Source: an uncultured Caulobacteraceae bacterium
GTDB taxonomy: Bacteria > Pseudomonadota > Alphaproteobacteria > Caulobacterales > Caulobacteraceae
Reading direction: 5' to 3'
Length of the DNA: 38,797 nucleotides
Assembly (NCBI GenBank): GCA_964249365.1
Contig: CAXUCS010000003.1
Coordinates: 1-38,797 of the forward strand
In this document: positions 22,171 through 31,857 of the stretch, in pieces
How the letters are laid out: the number at the start of each line of letters is the position of its first letter
Numbering within the stretch: position 1 is the stretch's first letter
Made by a program: the position numbers and the translations under genes
The notes under the pieces: generated by a model
Database searches by the model: none
What the model was told of the DNA's origin: nothing
Seen by the model: only the letters and a program-made list of their open reading frames with translations

Positions 22171-23091
22171 CTATCCGGCGGCCTGGGGCTCAAAGGCCAG
22201 CCCGCGGCCGAGCCGCTCCTCGATGCCGGTCTTAGACTCGGTCAGCCGGGCGGCATGGCGGCTGTTTTCAAAGGAGGTCACCTCCTCCCATTTGTCCGCA
22301 AGGTCCTCGACGCTGAACTCGTCGCGGAAGAAGACGCCCTGCGTCTGCTCCCAACGGGTCTGGGAAACCCATCCGCCGCCCACCTCGAATAGCTTGCCCG
22401 TCTCCGTCGACTCCGGGCGGCTGAGATGGACCACGAGCGGGGTGACGTATTGGGGCCGGAGTACGTCGAGCACCTCAGGCGGCAGCACGCCCTTGGTCAG
22501 GCGCGAGGCGGCAGCAGGCGCGATCGTGTTGACTAGGATATTGCGGGGCGCGCCCTCCAGCGCCAGCGTCTGGGCGAAGCCGAAGAGGCCGAGCTTCGCG
22601 GCCGAGTAGTTGGCTTGGCCGAAGTTGCCGTAGATGCCGGCCACTGACGCTGTCACCACCACCCGCCCGAAGCGGGCCTCACGCATGTGGGTCCAAGCGG
22701 CGCGGGTGGTGCGGAAGGTCCCGAGCAGGTGGACCCGATAGATCAGCTCCCAATCCTCTTCCGTCATTTTGCCGAAAGCGGCGTCACGCAAGATGCCGGC
22801 GTTGTTAATCAGCACGTCCACGCGGCCGAAGGCGTCCATCGCCGTCTGAATAATGCGGCCTCCATCCTCCACGCTGTCGCCGTTGGCCACGGCCTCGCCC
22901 CCGGCGGCGTTGATCTCGTCCACCACCGCCTGTGCGACCGCGACCGAGGCGCCGCCGCCCGCCGTTCCGCCGCCCAGGTCGTTGACTACCACCCGGGCGC
23001 CGCGCCGGGCGAACTCCAGCGCATAGGAGCGACCGAGGCCGTGGCCGGCTCCGGTGACGACCACCACACGATCATCGAAACGATAGTGCAT
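22171..23091 (-). CDS. SDR oxidoreductase, peroxisomal MFE-2-like 3-hydroxyacyl-CoA dehydrogenase
   Basis: TGAGHGLGRSYA, VVVNDLGG, NNAGILRD, GNFGQANYSAAK, FEVGGGW....RW. Confidence 0.92.
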   Translation of the reverse strand: MHYRFDDRVVVVTGAGHGLGRSYALEFARRGARVVVNDLGGGTAGGGASVAVAQAVVDEINAAGGEAVANGDSVEDGGRIIQTAMDAFGRVDVLINNAGILRDAAFGKMTEEDWELIYRVHLLGTFRTTRAAWTHMREARFGRVVVTASVAGIYGNFGQANYSAAKLGLFGFAQTLALEGAPRNILVNTIAPAAASRLTKGVLPPEVLDVLRPQYVTPLVVHLSRPESTETGKLFEVGGGWVSQTRWEQTQGVFFRDEFSVEDLADKWEEVTSFENSRHAARLTESKTGIEERLGRGLAFEPQAAG

Positions 23092-23170
23092 ACTGACCTC
23101 CAGACGCCCTCCGGGCGCGGTCGAAGGCGGCCCGCGGGGTCGCCGAGACTTCGAAGAGTCGAGCGAGCCG

Positions 23171-24361
23171 TCAGGCCTGCCCGTACAGCGTCACCACACA
23201 GGCGCCGCCGAGGCCGAGGTTGTGCTGGAGGGCGTGCTGTACACCCTCCACTTGGCGACGCTCGGCGGAGCCGCGGAGCTGGTGGACCAGCTCGCAGCAC
23301 TGGGCGAGGCCCGTGGCGCCCAGCGGGTGGCCTTTGGAGAGGAGACCGCCCGAGGGGTTGGTTACAACCCGGCCGCCGTAGGTGTTGTCGCCGTCCGCAA
23401 TGAACTTGGCCGCCCCGCCTTCCGGGCAGAGCCCCAAGCCCTCATAGGTTATAAGTTCGTTGTGGGCGAAGCAGTCGTGCAGCTCCACTACCCTCAGCTC
23501 CTCGGGCCCCACGCCTGACGCCTCGTAGACGGCCTCCGCCGCGCGCTGAGTCATGTCGGCGCCGACAAGGTAGCGCATGTCCTTAGCCTCGAAGCTGTTC
23601 GGCGCATCAGTGGTCATCGCCTGGGCGGCGATGCGCACCGCGGCATGAAGACCTCTGGCGCGGGCGAAGTCGCGCGAGACCAGGACGGCGGCGGCGGCCC
23701 CGCAAGTCGGCGGGCAGGCCATGGGACGGGTCATGACGCCTGGCCAGAGGACGGGGGCGCCCAGCACCTCCTCCTCCGTCATCTCCTTCCTGAACACCGA
23801 CATGGGGTTGTTGGCGGCGTGGCGGCTCGCCTTGGCCCGGATGCGGGCGAAGTCGGCGAGCGTTGTGCCATACCGGCGCATGTGCTCCTGGCCGGCTCCG
23901 CCGAAGTAGCGCAGCGCCAGCGGCAGCTCCACGTCGACAAGAGCGTCACAGGCCTCGTCGAAGTCGGCGAAGGGGCTGGGGCGGTCGGTAAAGACCTCCC
24001 CGATCGCGCCCGGCCGCATCTGCTCGAAGCCGACCGCTAGCGCGCAGTCCACCACGCCGCTCTCTACCGCCTGGCGCGCGAGGTAGAGGGCGGTGGAGCC
24101 GGTGGAGCAGTTGTTGTTGACGTTGATGATCGGGATGCCCGTCATGCCCGCCTTGTAGATGACACGCTGTCCTGCACAGCTGTCTCCGTAGACAAAGCCG
24201 GCGTAAGCCTGCTGCACGTCCGTGAAGGCGAGGTCTGCGTCGGCCAGCGCCAGCTGCACTGTTTCCGCGCCCATCTCATCGTAGGGTACGTTCTCGCTCG
24301 GCTTGCGGAAGGGGACCATGCCCACGCCCGCGACCAGGACGTCGTTCCGGTTGGCAACCAT
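23171..24361 (-). CDS. SCP-x-type thiolase (lipid-transfer protein)
   Basis: NVNNNCSTGSTA, VVELHDCF, NPSGGLLSKGHPLGATG, LQHNLGLGG. Confidence 0.95.
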   Translation of the reverse strand: MVANRNDVLVAGVGMVPFRKPSENVPYDEMGAETVQLALADADLAFTDVQQAYAGFVYGDSCAGQRVIYKAGMTGIPIINVNNNCSTGSTALYLARQAVESGVVDCALAVGFEQMRPGAIGEVFTDRPSPFADFDEACDALVDVELPLALRYFGGAGQEHMRRYGTTLADFARIRAKASRHAANNPMSVFRKEMTEEEVLGAPVLWPGVMTRPMACPPTCGAAAAVLVSRDFARARGLHAAVRIAAQAMTTDAPNSFEAKDMRYLVGADMTQRAAEAVYEASGVGPEELRVVELHDCFAHNELITYEGLGLCPEGGAAKFIADGDNTYGGRVVTNPSGGLLSKGHPLGATGLAQCCELVHQLRGSAERRQVEGVQHALQHNLGLGGACVVTLYGQA

Positions 24362-24415
24362 TTTCCTCAACCTTTCCTGATCGTGTGAGGCGTGTGCGAC
24401 GCGCGTCGAGCGAGC

Positions 24416-25558
24416 TCAGAGCGCGCGGCCCACCACCTCGCGCATGATCTCCGAAGTTCCGCCGTAGATGCGCTGGGCTCGGGCGTCGCGCCAAAGCCTG
24501 GCGATGGTGTACTCGTTCATGTAACCTGCGCCGCCGTGCAGCTGCAGAGCGGCGTCCACCACCCGCCATTGCATTTCAGTGTGCCAGTACTTGGAGGCCG
24601 ATGCCTCCGCAGCCGTCAGCTTGCCATCGAGATGCCGGGCTAGCGCCCAGTCCAGGTGCGCCCAGCCGACCTGCAGCTGGGCGGCGAGGTCGGCCAGGGT
24701 GAAGCGAGTGTGCTGGAAGTCGAACACCGCCTTGCCGAAGCTCTTGCGGTCCTTGGTGAAGCTCACCGCTTCGTCGAAAGCGCGCTGGGCGGCGGCCTGA
24801 GCGGCGATGGAGATGGACAGTCTTTCCTGCGGCAGCCGGTCCATGAGGTAGCCGAAGCCGCGGTTCTCGCCGCCCAGGAGGTTGGCGGCCGGGACACGAA
24901 CCTCCTCGAAGAAGAGTTCGGCGGTGTCCCCCGACCACTGCCCAATCTTGTCGAGCTTGCGGCCCCGCGTGAAACCCGGCCGATCCGCTTCCACCACGAC
25001 GAGCGAAACGCCCTTGCTGCCGAGGTTCGCCTCGGTCTTGGCCACCACAATGACGACATCTGCGTTGCCGCCGTTGGTGATGTAGGTCTTGGAGCCGCTG
25101 ATCACGTAATGATCGCCGTCGCGGCTGGCGCTGGTGCGGATGCCCTGCAAGTCAGATCCCGCGCCGGGCTCGGTCATCGCGATGGCGCCGATCCATTCGC
25201 CGGAGACCAATTTCGGCAGCACCGCCGCCTTTATCTTCTCTGAACCGTAGTGGACGAAGTAGTCGGCCACGATGTCGGACTGAAGCGCCACGCCCGGCAG
25301 GATGCCGTAATAGCCGAACTCCTCGTCGATGATGGCATTGTAGCCGAAGTCGAGCTCTAGGCCCCCGTACTCCGCTGGCACAGTCGGGCAGAGCAGGCCT
25401 GCCTTGCCGCAGGTGCGCCAGAACGCACGCTCGACGAGGCCGTCGGCTTCCCACCGCGGCAGGTTCGGAGCGAATTCTCGCTCCAGAAACTTGCGGACGG
25501 TTGCGCGGAAGAGCTCCTGCTCTGGGTTGTCCGACGTGCGCTCCTTCAAACCCGACAT
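24416..25558 (-). CDS. acyl-CoA dehydrogenase (long-chain type)
   Basis: AIAMTEPGAGSDLQ, GSKTYITNG, LQLHGGAGYMNEY, IYGGTSEIM. Confidence 0.95.
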   Translation of the reverse strand: MSGLKERTSDNPEQELFRATVRKFLEREFAPNLPRWEADGLVERAFWRTCGKAGLLCPTVPAEYGGLELDFGYNAIIDEEFGYYGILPGVALQSDIVADYFVHYGSEKIKAAVLPKLVSGEWIGAIAMTEPGAGSDLQGIRTSASRDGDHYVISGSKTYITNGGNADVVIVVAKTEANLGSKGVSLVVVEADRPGFTRGRKLDKIGQWSGDTAELFFEEVRVPAANLLGGENRGFGYLMDRLPQERLSISIAAQAAAQRAFDEAVSFTKDRKSFGKAVFDFQHTRFTLADLAAQLQVGWAHLDWALARHLDGKLTAAEASASKYWHTEMQWRVVDAALQLHGGAGYMNEYTIARLWRDARAQRIYGGTSEIMREVVGRAL

Positions 25559-25625
25559 GAGCGCTCTACCCGACCCCTACGTTCTAATCCTGGGTCGGCG
25601 TTTTCGGCGGTGCTCTGCCCGAGAA

Positions 25626-25665
25626 CAATTTCATTGTGCGGCCCCCCTAGTCCGTGCGGGAATAG
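25626..25665 (-). promoter_or_regulatory. LysR-type box between the divergent ACAD operon and lysR
   Basis: On the - strand: CTATTC-N7-GACTAG-N12-ATGAAATTG; the box ends 4 nt before the lysR ATG. Confidence 0.7.
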
Positions 25666-25669
25666 GGCC

Positions 25670-26590
25670 ATGTTAGACTCTCGTCTCGCTCACGTTGTCG
25701 CGGTTAGCCGGGCCGGGTCGTTCACGGCCGGCGCCAAGATCGCCGGTGCCGGCCAATCCGCTTTGACCAAGAGCGTCGCTGACCTGGAACGCCAACTCGG
25801 TTACGCTCTTTTCCATCGCTCCTCGCGCGGCGTAACCGTCACCGAACGCGGACGCGAATTCATTGAGCGGACGGCACGGCTGCTCGACGAGGCTCGCGAA
25901 CTCCTAAGCGGGTCCAGCACGAATGACCCGTTCGCCGGATACCTTCGCATCGGCGTCTGCCCGGCCTCACTGGAGTGGCGTGTCGCTAACACCATGGTCG
26001 GGCTAATGAAGCGGCATCCGTCAGTTCGCTTTGAACTTAGCGCGTCGAGCGCCGAACGCATGCTGCCGCTTCTAAGGAACGGAGCAGTGGACGTGGCGAT
26101 CGGCTTCGACGCCGCCTTTGCGGAATGGCCGGACGTGAAGCGCGCCCCGATGGGCCCGCTGACCGGCCTCCTTTTCGTGCGGAACGGCCATCCCCTACTT
26201 GAGCGACCGTCCGCGGCGATTGCCGAGCTTGCCGCCTATGACTTCGTCTCGCCATCGGACTCGCGACCGTACGGGCAAGCGATCCGGGACATTTACGAAA
26301 GTCAGGGCGTTGACTGGCGCGGCCACGTTCACGTGGTGGACTACTTCCCGATCGTACGGCGGATCGTATCCGAGTCCGACGCCATCGGCATCGTGGCGCC
26401 CTCCTACAGCAGCTCTCCGTCGTTCAAGGCGCGCTACACGACCCTCGACCACCTAAAGCTCTTCCCACCGGCGCCACTCTGCTGCGCTTGGCGGGCGAGG
26501 TGGGAACCCAAGGCGGCCACCCGCGCCTTCGTTAGCTCCATTCGGGCGAGCCTTGCGGCCGAATTCAGCGGGTCCGACGCGCAGCCATGA
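25670..26590 (+). CDS. LysR-family transcriptional regulator
   Basis: GSFTAGA.....QSALTKSVADLE.QLG..LF.RSSRGV..T..G HTH, then substrate-binding domain. Confidence 0.95.
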   Translation: MLDSRLAHVVAVSRAGSFTAGAKIAGAGQSALTKSVADLERQLGYALFHRSSRGVTVTERGREFIERTARLLDEARELLSGSSTNDPFAGYLRIGVCPASLEWRVANTMVGLMKRHPSVRFELSASSAERMLPLLRNGAVDVAIGFDAAFAEWPDVKRAPMGPLTGLLFVRNGHPLLERPSAAIAELAAYDFVSPSDSRPYGQAIRDIYESQGVDWRGHVHVVDYFPIVRRIVSESDAIGIVAPSYSSSPSFKARYTTLDHLKLFPPAPLCCAWRARWEPKAATRAFVSSIRASLAAEFSGSDAQP

Positions 26591-26606
26591 ACGAGCGCCG
26601 CCAACT

Positions 26607-27071
26607 TCAGGCCGCGTCGCCCTCAAGCGGAGAGAAGCCGGCGGTCCAGGCCTCCCGGCCGCCGTGCGCGTCGATGGAAACCAGCGGATTCCAGTATTCG
26701 CGATAACGCGCTAGCTCGCCATCCCGCGTCTCGAAAAGAGCAATGTAACGTTGGTGGTAGGGTTCGCCAGTCTTCTCGACAGATCCCTTCACGCCATACT
26801 CAATGATCGCCAGAGTTGGGTCTAGCATGGGATTTAGGCGGAAATCTACCAAGCCCTCCACCTTAATCCTGCCTGCGACGTTCTGGATGTGAGCTAGAAT
26901 GGCGCTCCGACCCTGGTGAATGTTCTTCCTTCCGGCCGGCGCGTAGGGGAATTCCATGATGCCGTCCTCTGCCCAGAGGTCGATCCACTCGTCCCAGCGT
27001 TTCTGCGCGGCCAACGGCAGGAAGGCCTGCGCGATCTCCAAGGTGCGGGTGCGGGTGGCCTCAACGTCCAT
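26607..27071 (-). CDS. SnoaL-like / PhzA-B-like NTF2-fold protein (paralog of 14538-15032)
   Basis: WIDLWAEDGIMEFPYAP, PMLDP, YREYWNPLVSIDAHGGREAWT. Confidence 0.88.
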   Translation of the reverse strand: MDVEATRTRTLEIAQAFLPLAAQKRWDEWIDLWAEDGIMEFPYAPAGRKNIHQGRSAILAHIQNVAGRIKVEGLVDFRLNPMLDPTLAIIEYGVKGSVEKTGEPYHQRYIALFETRDGELARYREYWNPLVSIDAHGGREAWTAGFSPLEGDAA

Positions 27072-27082
27072 GATTTCCTCCT

Positions 27083-27988
27083 TCAGCGCGCCGGCCGGGT
27101 CAGCCGCATGGCTTCCCTAAGCTCCGGTATCCGCTTTTGCATGCCTTCCGGCAGCTTACTGGCGTCAATTAGAAAATCGTGCACCAGCATGTTCTGCAGA
27201 TGGCCGATCTGGTGCAGGGCGAACGCCTGGTCCATTGCGCTCCGGCGACCCATGGAGTCTTGGGCATGGTTGACCGCCTCCTTCAGAAGCTTCAGCACGA
27301 AGCGATCCGTTCGCGCCACGCGCCGGGCCAGGTCCAGCGTGAAGCCGGGAAGCTCCGAGCTCTCCACCACGTGGTTCACCATACCGCGCCGCTCTGCCTC
27401 GTCGGCCGACAGCCAATCGGAGGTGAAGAGGAACTCCTTGGCCTTGCGCACCCCCATCTCGTAGGCGTGCTGGAAGAACTCGATCCCGGGCACGCCCGTT
27501 TCGAGCGGTGTGGAGTCCCGGAAGCGCGCATCTCTGGAGCACACGATAAGGTCGCAGCACCAAGCCAGCGCCAGGCCGCCAGAGATCACCGCCCCCTGGA
27601 CCTCAGCGATGGTCGGCTTGGGTGCATTCCGCCAGCGCTCGGTCATTTCGAGGTAGGTCTCCTTCTCGCGTGAATAATGACCCTCCCAGCCCGGGCCGCC
27701 GTACTGGCCCCAGAGGCCAACCGCCTGTCCGGGCTCGGGCATCAGTCCGTCGGCGCTGGTAAAGTCGTGGCCTGCGTTGAAGTGGTCGCCCGCCCCGGCC
27801 AGGATGACGACGGAAACAGCGTCGTCATGGCAGGCTTTGCGGAATGCCGCGTCCAACTCGTAAGTTAGGGTGCGGCCTTGGGCGTTGCGCTTGTCCGGCC
27901 TGTTCATCACCATCCGCACCACGCCTGGCGCGGGTGTCTCGTAGATGAGCTGTTTGAACTCGCTCCGCGGGTCGGCGCCGTTCGTCAA
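27083..27988 (-). CDS. enoyl-CoA hydratase/crotonase family
   Basis: MNRPDKRNAQ, F.AGHD, PKPTIAEVQG..ISGGL.LAW.CDLIV; GGAGG before TTG. Confidence 0.92.
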   Translation of the reverse strand: MTNGADPRSEFKQLIYETPAPGVVRMVMNRPDKRNAQGRTLTYELDAAFRKACHDDAVSVVILAGAGDHFNAGHDFTSADGLMPEPGQAVGLWGQYGGPGWEGHYSREKETYLEMTERWRNAPKPTIAEVQGAVISGGLALAWCCDLIVCSRDARFRDSTPLETGVPGIEFFQHAYEMGVRKAKEFLFTSDWLSADEAERRGMVNHVVESSELPGFTLDLARRVARTDRFVLKLLKEAVNHAQDSMGRRSAMDQAFALHQIGHLQNMLVHDFLIDASKLPEGMQKRIPELREAMRLTRPAR

Positions 27989-28105
27989 GGCGGTATCCTC
28001 CAGCGCCGTTCTGTTCGACTGAGTCCCGAAACGCCCAGTATGCAGTGCCAGCCGGCGCAGCTGTTGGACCTGCGCGACAGGGGCGTCGCTCGCGCGTGAC
28101 TGACC

Positions 28106-28147
28106 GTCAAGTGCATTGCTGTCAGCTTCTATTCAGTTTGGGAATGG
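28106..28147 (-). promoter_or_regulatory. LysR-type box plus -35-like element for the crotonase/SnoaL unit
   Basis: On the - strand: CCATTC-N7-GAATAG-N12-ATGCACTTGAC. Confidence 0.7.
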
Positions 28148-28174
28148 CAGTGCCGCGACGGGTCCGATGGCACG

Positions 28175-28217
28175 CCATCCAGAAGCGGAATAGTGCGCGC
28201 CCGTTATGCATTGGACT
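28175..28217 (+). promoter_or_regulatory. LysR-type box plus conserved element for the MaoC operon
   Basis: CCATCC-N7-GAATAG-N12-ATGCATTGGACT (last 12 nt identical to 11911-11922). Confidence 0.7.
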
Positions 28218-28292
28218 CTCTCCACAACCACTCCCTACCAAGGATGCAAGCCGCGGCTCTTCCGGCGGCGCTAAAGGTTTCAGGGGAGTGGA

Positions 28293-28796
28293 GTGACAGA
28301 GGCGCAGGATACATCGACCAAGCCGCGGGGATTGTTCGACCGGCGCTCCAAAGGCCTACGCGTGACGTCGGTGAACGTGCAGGTCGAACGCGGCCGCGTG
28401 CGCTTTTTCACCCAGACGCTTGGCGAGACCGATCCGATCCACTTGGACGCGGAGGCCGCCCGGGCCGCCGGCCACCCCGACGTTGTAGCGCCGCCGTCCT
28501 TTTTCATGGTGCTTGAGGCTATCGCCAACGAGACGCTTCTCGCCCGCGGCGAGCCGTCGGCACGCGAACTGATCGCCTGCGATTACCGCTACCTGCTCCA
28601 TGGCGACGAGAGCTACGCCTACCACGGACTTCTCTACGCTGGCGATGAGGTCGAGATCTCCACTACCGTTTTAGACTTCTTTGAGAAGAAAGGCGGCGCG
28701 ATGGAATTCGTGGCCCTGGAGTCCACCGTCACTCACCCAACTCGCGGGCGGCTTATCAGCGCCCGCCGCACCCTCCTCCACAGACTTCCGGAATAG
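28293..28796 (+). CDS. MaoC dehydratase N-terminal-type hotdog subunit (HadA-like)
   Basis: VERGRVRFF...LGETDPIH.D..AA..AG.PDVVAPP.F, LLHGDESY.YH....AGD. Confidence 0.88.
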   Translation: MTEAQDTSTKPRGLFDRRSKGLRVTSVNVQVERGRVRFFTQTLGETDPIHLDAEAARAAGHPDVVAPPSFFMVLEAIANETLLARGEPSARELIACDYRYLLHGDESYAYHGLLYAGDEVEISTTVLDFFEKKGGAMEFVALESTVTHPTRGRLISARRTLLHRLPE

Positions 28797-28810
28797 GTGT
28801 TCCACCCGCG

Positions 28811-29230
28811 ATGGTGAACTTCAATCCCAAAACCATCGCCGTCGGCGAGAGCCTGCCGGAAATCGACTTCGGACCGATCACGCGCTCGACGCTGGCGCTC
28901 TACGCCGGCGCGTCCGGTGACCACAATCCGATCCACATCGACAGCGATTTTGCCAAGGCGACCGGCTTGCCGGACGTGTTCGCCCAGGGGATGCTTTCCT
29001 TCGGTGCGCTGGCCAGGGTGGTCACTGCCTGGGCTGGCGTCCGGAGGCTGCGCAGCTTCGGCTGCCGCTTCACCGCTGTCACCCAGGTACATGATAGGCT
29101 CACCCTAAGGGCGACGGTGGAGGAGCGGCTGGAGCTTGAGGGCGAGCCATGCGCGCGCCTGAGCCTAGTCGCCGTGACCCACGATGGCCGCGAGACCCTG
29201 AAGGGCGAGGCCCTCGTCGCGCTCGCCTGA
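28811..29230 (+). CDS. MaoC-family (R)-enoyl-CoA hydratase catalytic subunit (HadB-like)
   Basis: YAGASGDHNPIHID..FA...GLPDVFAQGM hydratase-2 motif. Confidence 0.92.
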   Translation: MVNFNPKTIAVGESLPEIDFGPITRSTLALYAGASGDHNPIHIDSDFAKATGLPDVFAQGMLSFGALARVVTAWAGVRRLRSFGCRFTAVTQVHDRLTLRATVEERLELEGEPCARLSLVAVTHDGRETLKGEALVALA

Positions 29231-29253
29231 CGACCGAAGGAGGGAATGTTCCC

Positions 29254-30804
29254 GTGCTGTTGTGCCTGTCTGTCGAGCGAGCCGCCCAGGTCAACGGCCG
29301 CGGCTGCGCCACCGCCTACCTTGGCCGCACCCGAACCTGGACAGAGTTCCGCAGCCGGGTCGCGAGGCTCGCGTCCGGGCTCAAGGCGCTGGGCTTGAAC
29401 GCCGGCGACCGGGTCGCGATCCTAGGCGCGAACTCCGACAGCTACCTGGAGGCGCTCTACGCCGTCTGGTGGTTCGGCGGCGTGGTCGTGCCCATGAACT
29501 TTCGCTGGTCGCCGCAGGAGCACCAGGGCTGCCTGGAGGACGCCGGGGTGGCAGCGCTCCTCTTCGACGCCGTCCACGAGGGGGTGGGCGTGCAGCTCGG
29601 AGCCGGGCTTCCCACCGGGCGCTCCGTTTTAATGCGGCTCGACAGCCCTCCGGCAGGGTCAACGGCGGCGGAGGCGCTGATCGCCGACGCCGAACCGCTC
29701 CCGCTCGCCAACGCCGATCCCAGCGCACTCGCTGGCCTCTACTACACGGGCGGGACCACCGGACGGCCAAAGGGCGTGATGCTGTCGGCCTCGGCCCTGT
29801 GGTCAAGCGCCATGTCGATGGCCCTAGAGCTGAAGCTTGATCGGCGGGACACCTACCTGCACGCCGCTCCGGTGTTCCACCTCGGGGACGGCCAGTTCAC
29901 CCTAGCGATCACCCTGGTGGCCGGCACCCACATCATCCTGCCGGCCTTCCGGCCGCAGGACGTCTTGGAGGCAGTGCGCGCTCACCGGGTTTCGGTGACG
30001 CTGCTGGTGCCGACCATGGTGCGCATGCTCCTGGACTGCGAAACCTTCGATCCAGCCGCGGTCGGCTCGCTGCGCTGCTTGGCTTACGGGGCTGCGGCCA
30101 TGCCGGAAGCGACGCGGCGGGACGCGGCTGCGGCGCTGCCTCGCGCCGAGCTAGTCCAGGTCTACGGCCAGACCGAGCTCGCGCCTTTGGCCGCCGCCTT
30201 CCACGAGAGCGAAGCGAAGACCAATGCGGACGAGGGAGGCCGGCCGAATGGTCGCGCCTCCTTTTCTGTACAGGTCAAGATCGCACGGGAGGACGGGCAG
30301 GAAGCACCGCGCGGCGTCGTCGGTGAAATCTGGGTCCGCGGCCCCAATGCGATGTTAGGCTACTGGAGGGCGCCGGAGCTCACGGCAGTTCAGATGCAGG
30401 ACGGCTGGGTCAAGACCGGGGATCTCGGTCATATGGACGAGGGCGGGTTCGTCTACATCTGCGACCGCGCCAAGGACATGATCATCTCCGGCGGCGAGAA
30501 CATCTTCTCCGTGGAGGTCGAGAACGCGCTCCTGCTGCATCCCGGAGTGAAGGAGGCCGCCGTCATCGGCCTTCCCGACCCGGTGTACGGCGAGAAGGTC
30601 CACGCGGTGGTGGTGGCCAAAGAGGCCGCCAGTCTGGAATGCAGCGGACTCGACCGTCACTGCCGCACCCTGATCGCCGGCTACAAGGTCCCCCGCTCCT
30701 TCGAGTTCCGCACGGCGTCACTGCCGCTCTCATCCACCGGCAAGCCGCTTAAGAGCGAACTCCGCCGGGCCTGGGCCGCCCGCCTCATCGCCGACGGTGG
30801 CTGA
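29254..30804 (+). CDS. acyl-CoA synthetase (AMP-binding)
   Basis: YYTGGTTGRPKGVM, YGQTE, KTGD, DRAKDMIISGGEN; GGAGGG before GTG 29254. Confidence 0.95.
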   Translation: MLLCLSVERAAQVNGRGCATAYLGRTRTWTEFRSRVARLASGLKALGLNAGDRVAILGANSDSYLEALYAVWWFGGVVVPMNFRWSPQEHQGCLEDAGVAALLFDAVHEGVGVQLGAGLPTGRSVLMRLDSPPAGSTAAEALIADAEPLPLANADPSALAGLYYTGGTTGRPKGVMLSASALWSSAMSMALELKLDRRDTYLHAAPVFHLGDGQFTLAITLVAGTHIILPAFRPQDVLEAVRAHRVSVTLLVPTMVRMLLDCETFDPAAVGSLRCLAYGAAAMPEATRRDAAAALPRAELVQVYGQTELAPLAAAFHESEAKTNADEGGRPNGRASFSVQVKIAREDGQEAPRGVVGEIWVRGPNAMLGYWRAPELTAVQMQDGWVKTGDLGHMDEGGFVYICDRAKDMIISGGENIFSVEVENALLLHPGVKEAAVIGLPDPVYGEKVHAVVVAKEAASLECSGLDRHCRTLIAGYKVPRSFEFRTASLPLSSTGKPLKSELRRAWAARLIADGG

Positions 30805-30855
30805 AGACTCCCACACCTTTCCCGAAAACCCCCACGACGCTTCAGGAAGACCACC

Positions 30856-31848
30856 ATGACGGACCTCACCAAAGGCGAGATCGACGCCACCCGCGCTTCA
30901 CTGACTCTCGACGACCTGCGCGCCTCGGCCGAGCGCAACCGGCAGTGGGGCCGCTGGGGCGAGGACGACGAAATTGGCACGCTGAACCACGTCACCCCGG
31001 AGATGATCGTGGAGGCCGCCAAGCTCGTGCGCAAAGGCAAGTGCTTCGGCCTGGCGCTGCCTTTCGACCTGAACGGGCCGCAGCGAACCGGCAGCGGCAC
31101 GCCCCGCTTCAACCCCGTCCACACCATGTTCCGCTCCGGCTGCGATGAGTACTCGCCCCACGCGGTGGATCGCGGCGGGTTCAAGGGCGCCGACGACATG
31201 GTCACCATGCCGCTGCAATGCGGCACGCAGTGGGACGGGCTCGGCCACGTCTTCTACGAAGGCAAGATGTGGAACGGCTACGACGCGCGGCTGGTGAGCG
31301 GCCTCGGCGCGGCCAAGAACGGCATCGAGAAGACGCGCGACCGCATGACCGGCCGAGGCGTTCTCCTCGACATACCTCGCCACCTCGGCCTGCCGTGGCT
31401 GCCGGACGGCTATGGCGTCGGCGTGGAGCTCATAGAGGCCTGCGCGAAGGCCGAAGGGATCAAGGTCGGCAAGGGCGACTTCGTGATGGTGCGCACCGGC
31501 CAACTCGACCGCTGCCTGGAGCAGGGCTCATGGGGCGAGTACGCCGGCGGCGACGCACCCGGTCTGCGATTCGACACCCTAGACTGGTTGAGGGAAAGCG
31601 ACATCGCCGCGCTGGCGACCGACACTTGGGGCTTCGAAGTGCGGCCCAACGAAGTCAAGAACGCGCGCCAGCCTATGCATTGGATCGTCATCCCGCTGAT
31701 CGGCTTGACGGTCGGCGAGATTTTCCGCTTCAAGGACTTGGCCGACGACTGCGCCGAGGACGGTGTGTACGAGTTTTTCTTCTGCGGCGCCTCGCTTCCG
31801 TTCACGGGTGCGGTCGGAACGCCGCTGAATCCGATGGCCATCAAGTAA
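30856..31848 (+). CDS. cyclase-family (kynurenine formamidase-like) metal-dependent hydrolase
   Basis: WGRWGEDDEIGTLN, QCGTQWDGLGH, GRGVLLD, VRTG, GEIF, G.PLNPMAIK. Confidence 0.92.
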   Translation: MTDLTKGEIDATRASLTLDDLRASAERNRQWGRWGEDDEIGTLNHVTPEMIVEAAKLVRKGKCFGLALPFDLNGPQRTGSGTPRFNPVHTMFRSGCDEYSPHAVDRGGFKGADDMVTMPLQCGTQWDGLGHVFYEGKMWNGYDARLVSGLGAAKNGIEKTRDRMTGRGVLLDIPRHLGLPWLPDGYGVGVELIEACAKAEGIKVGKGDFVMVRTGQLDRCLEQGSWGEYAGGDAPGLRFDTLDWLRESDIAALATDTWGFEVRPNEVKNARQPMHWIVIPLIGLTVGEIFRFKDLADDCAEDGVYEFFFCGASLPFTGAVGTPLNPMAIK

Positions 31849-31857
31849 AGAAATATC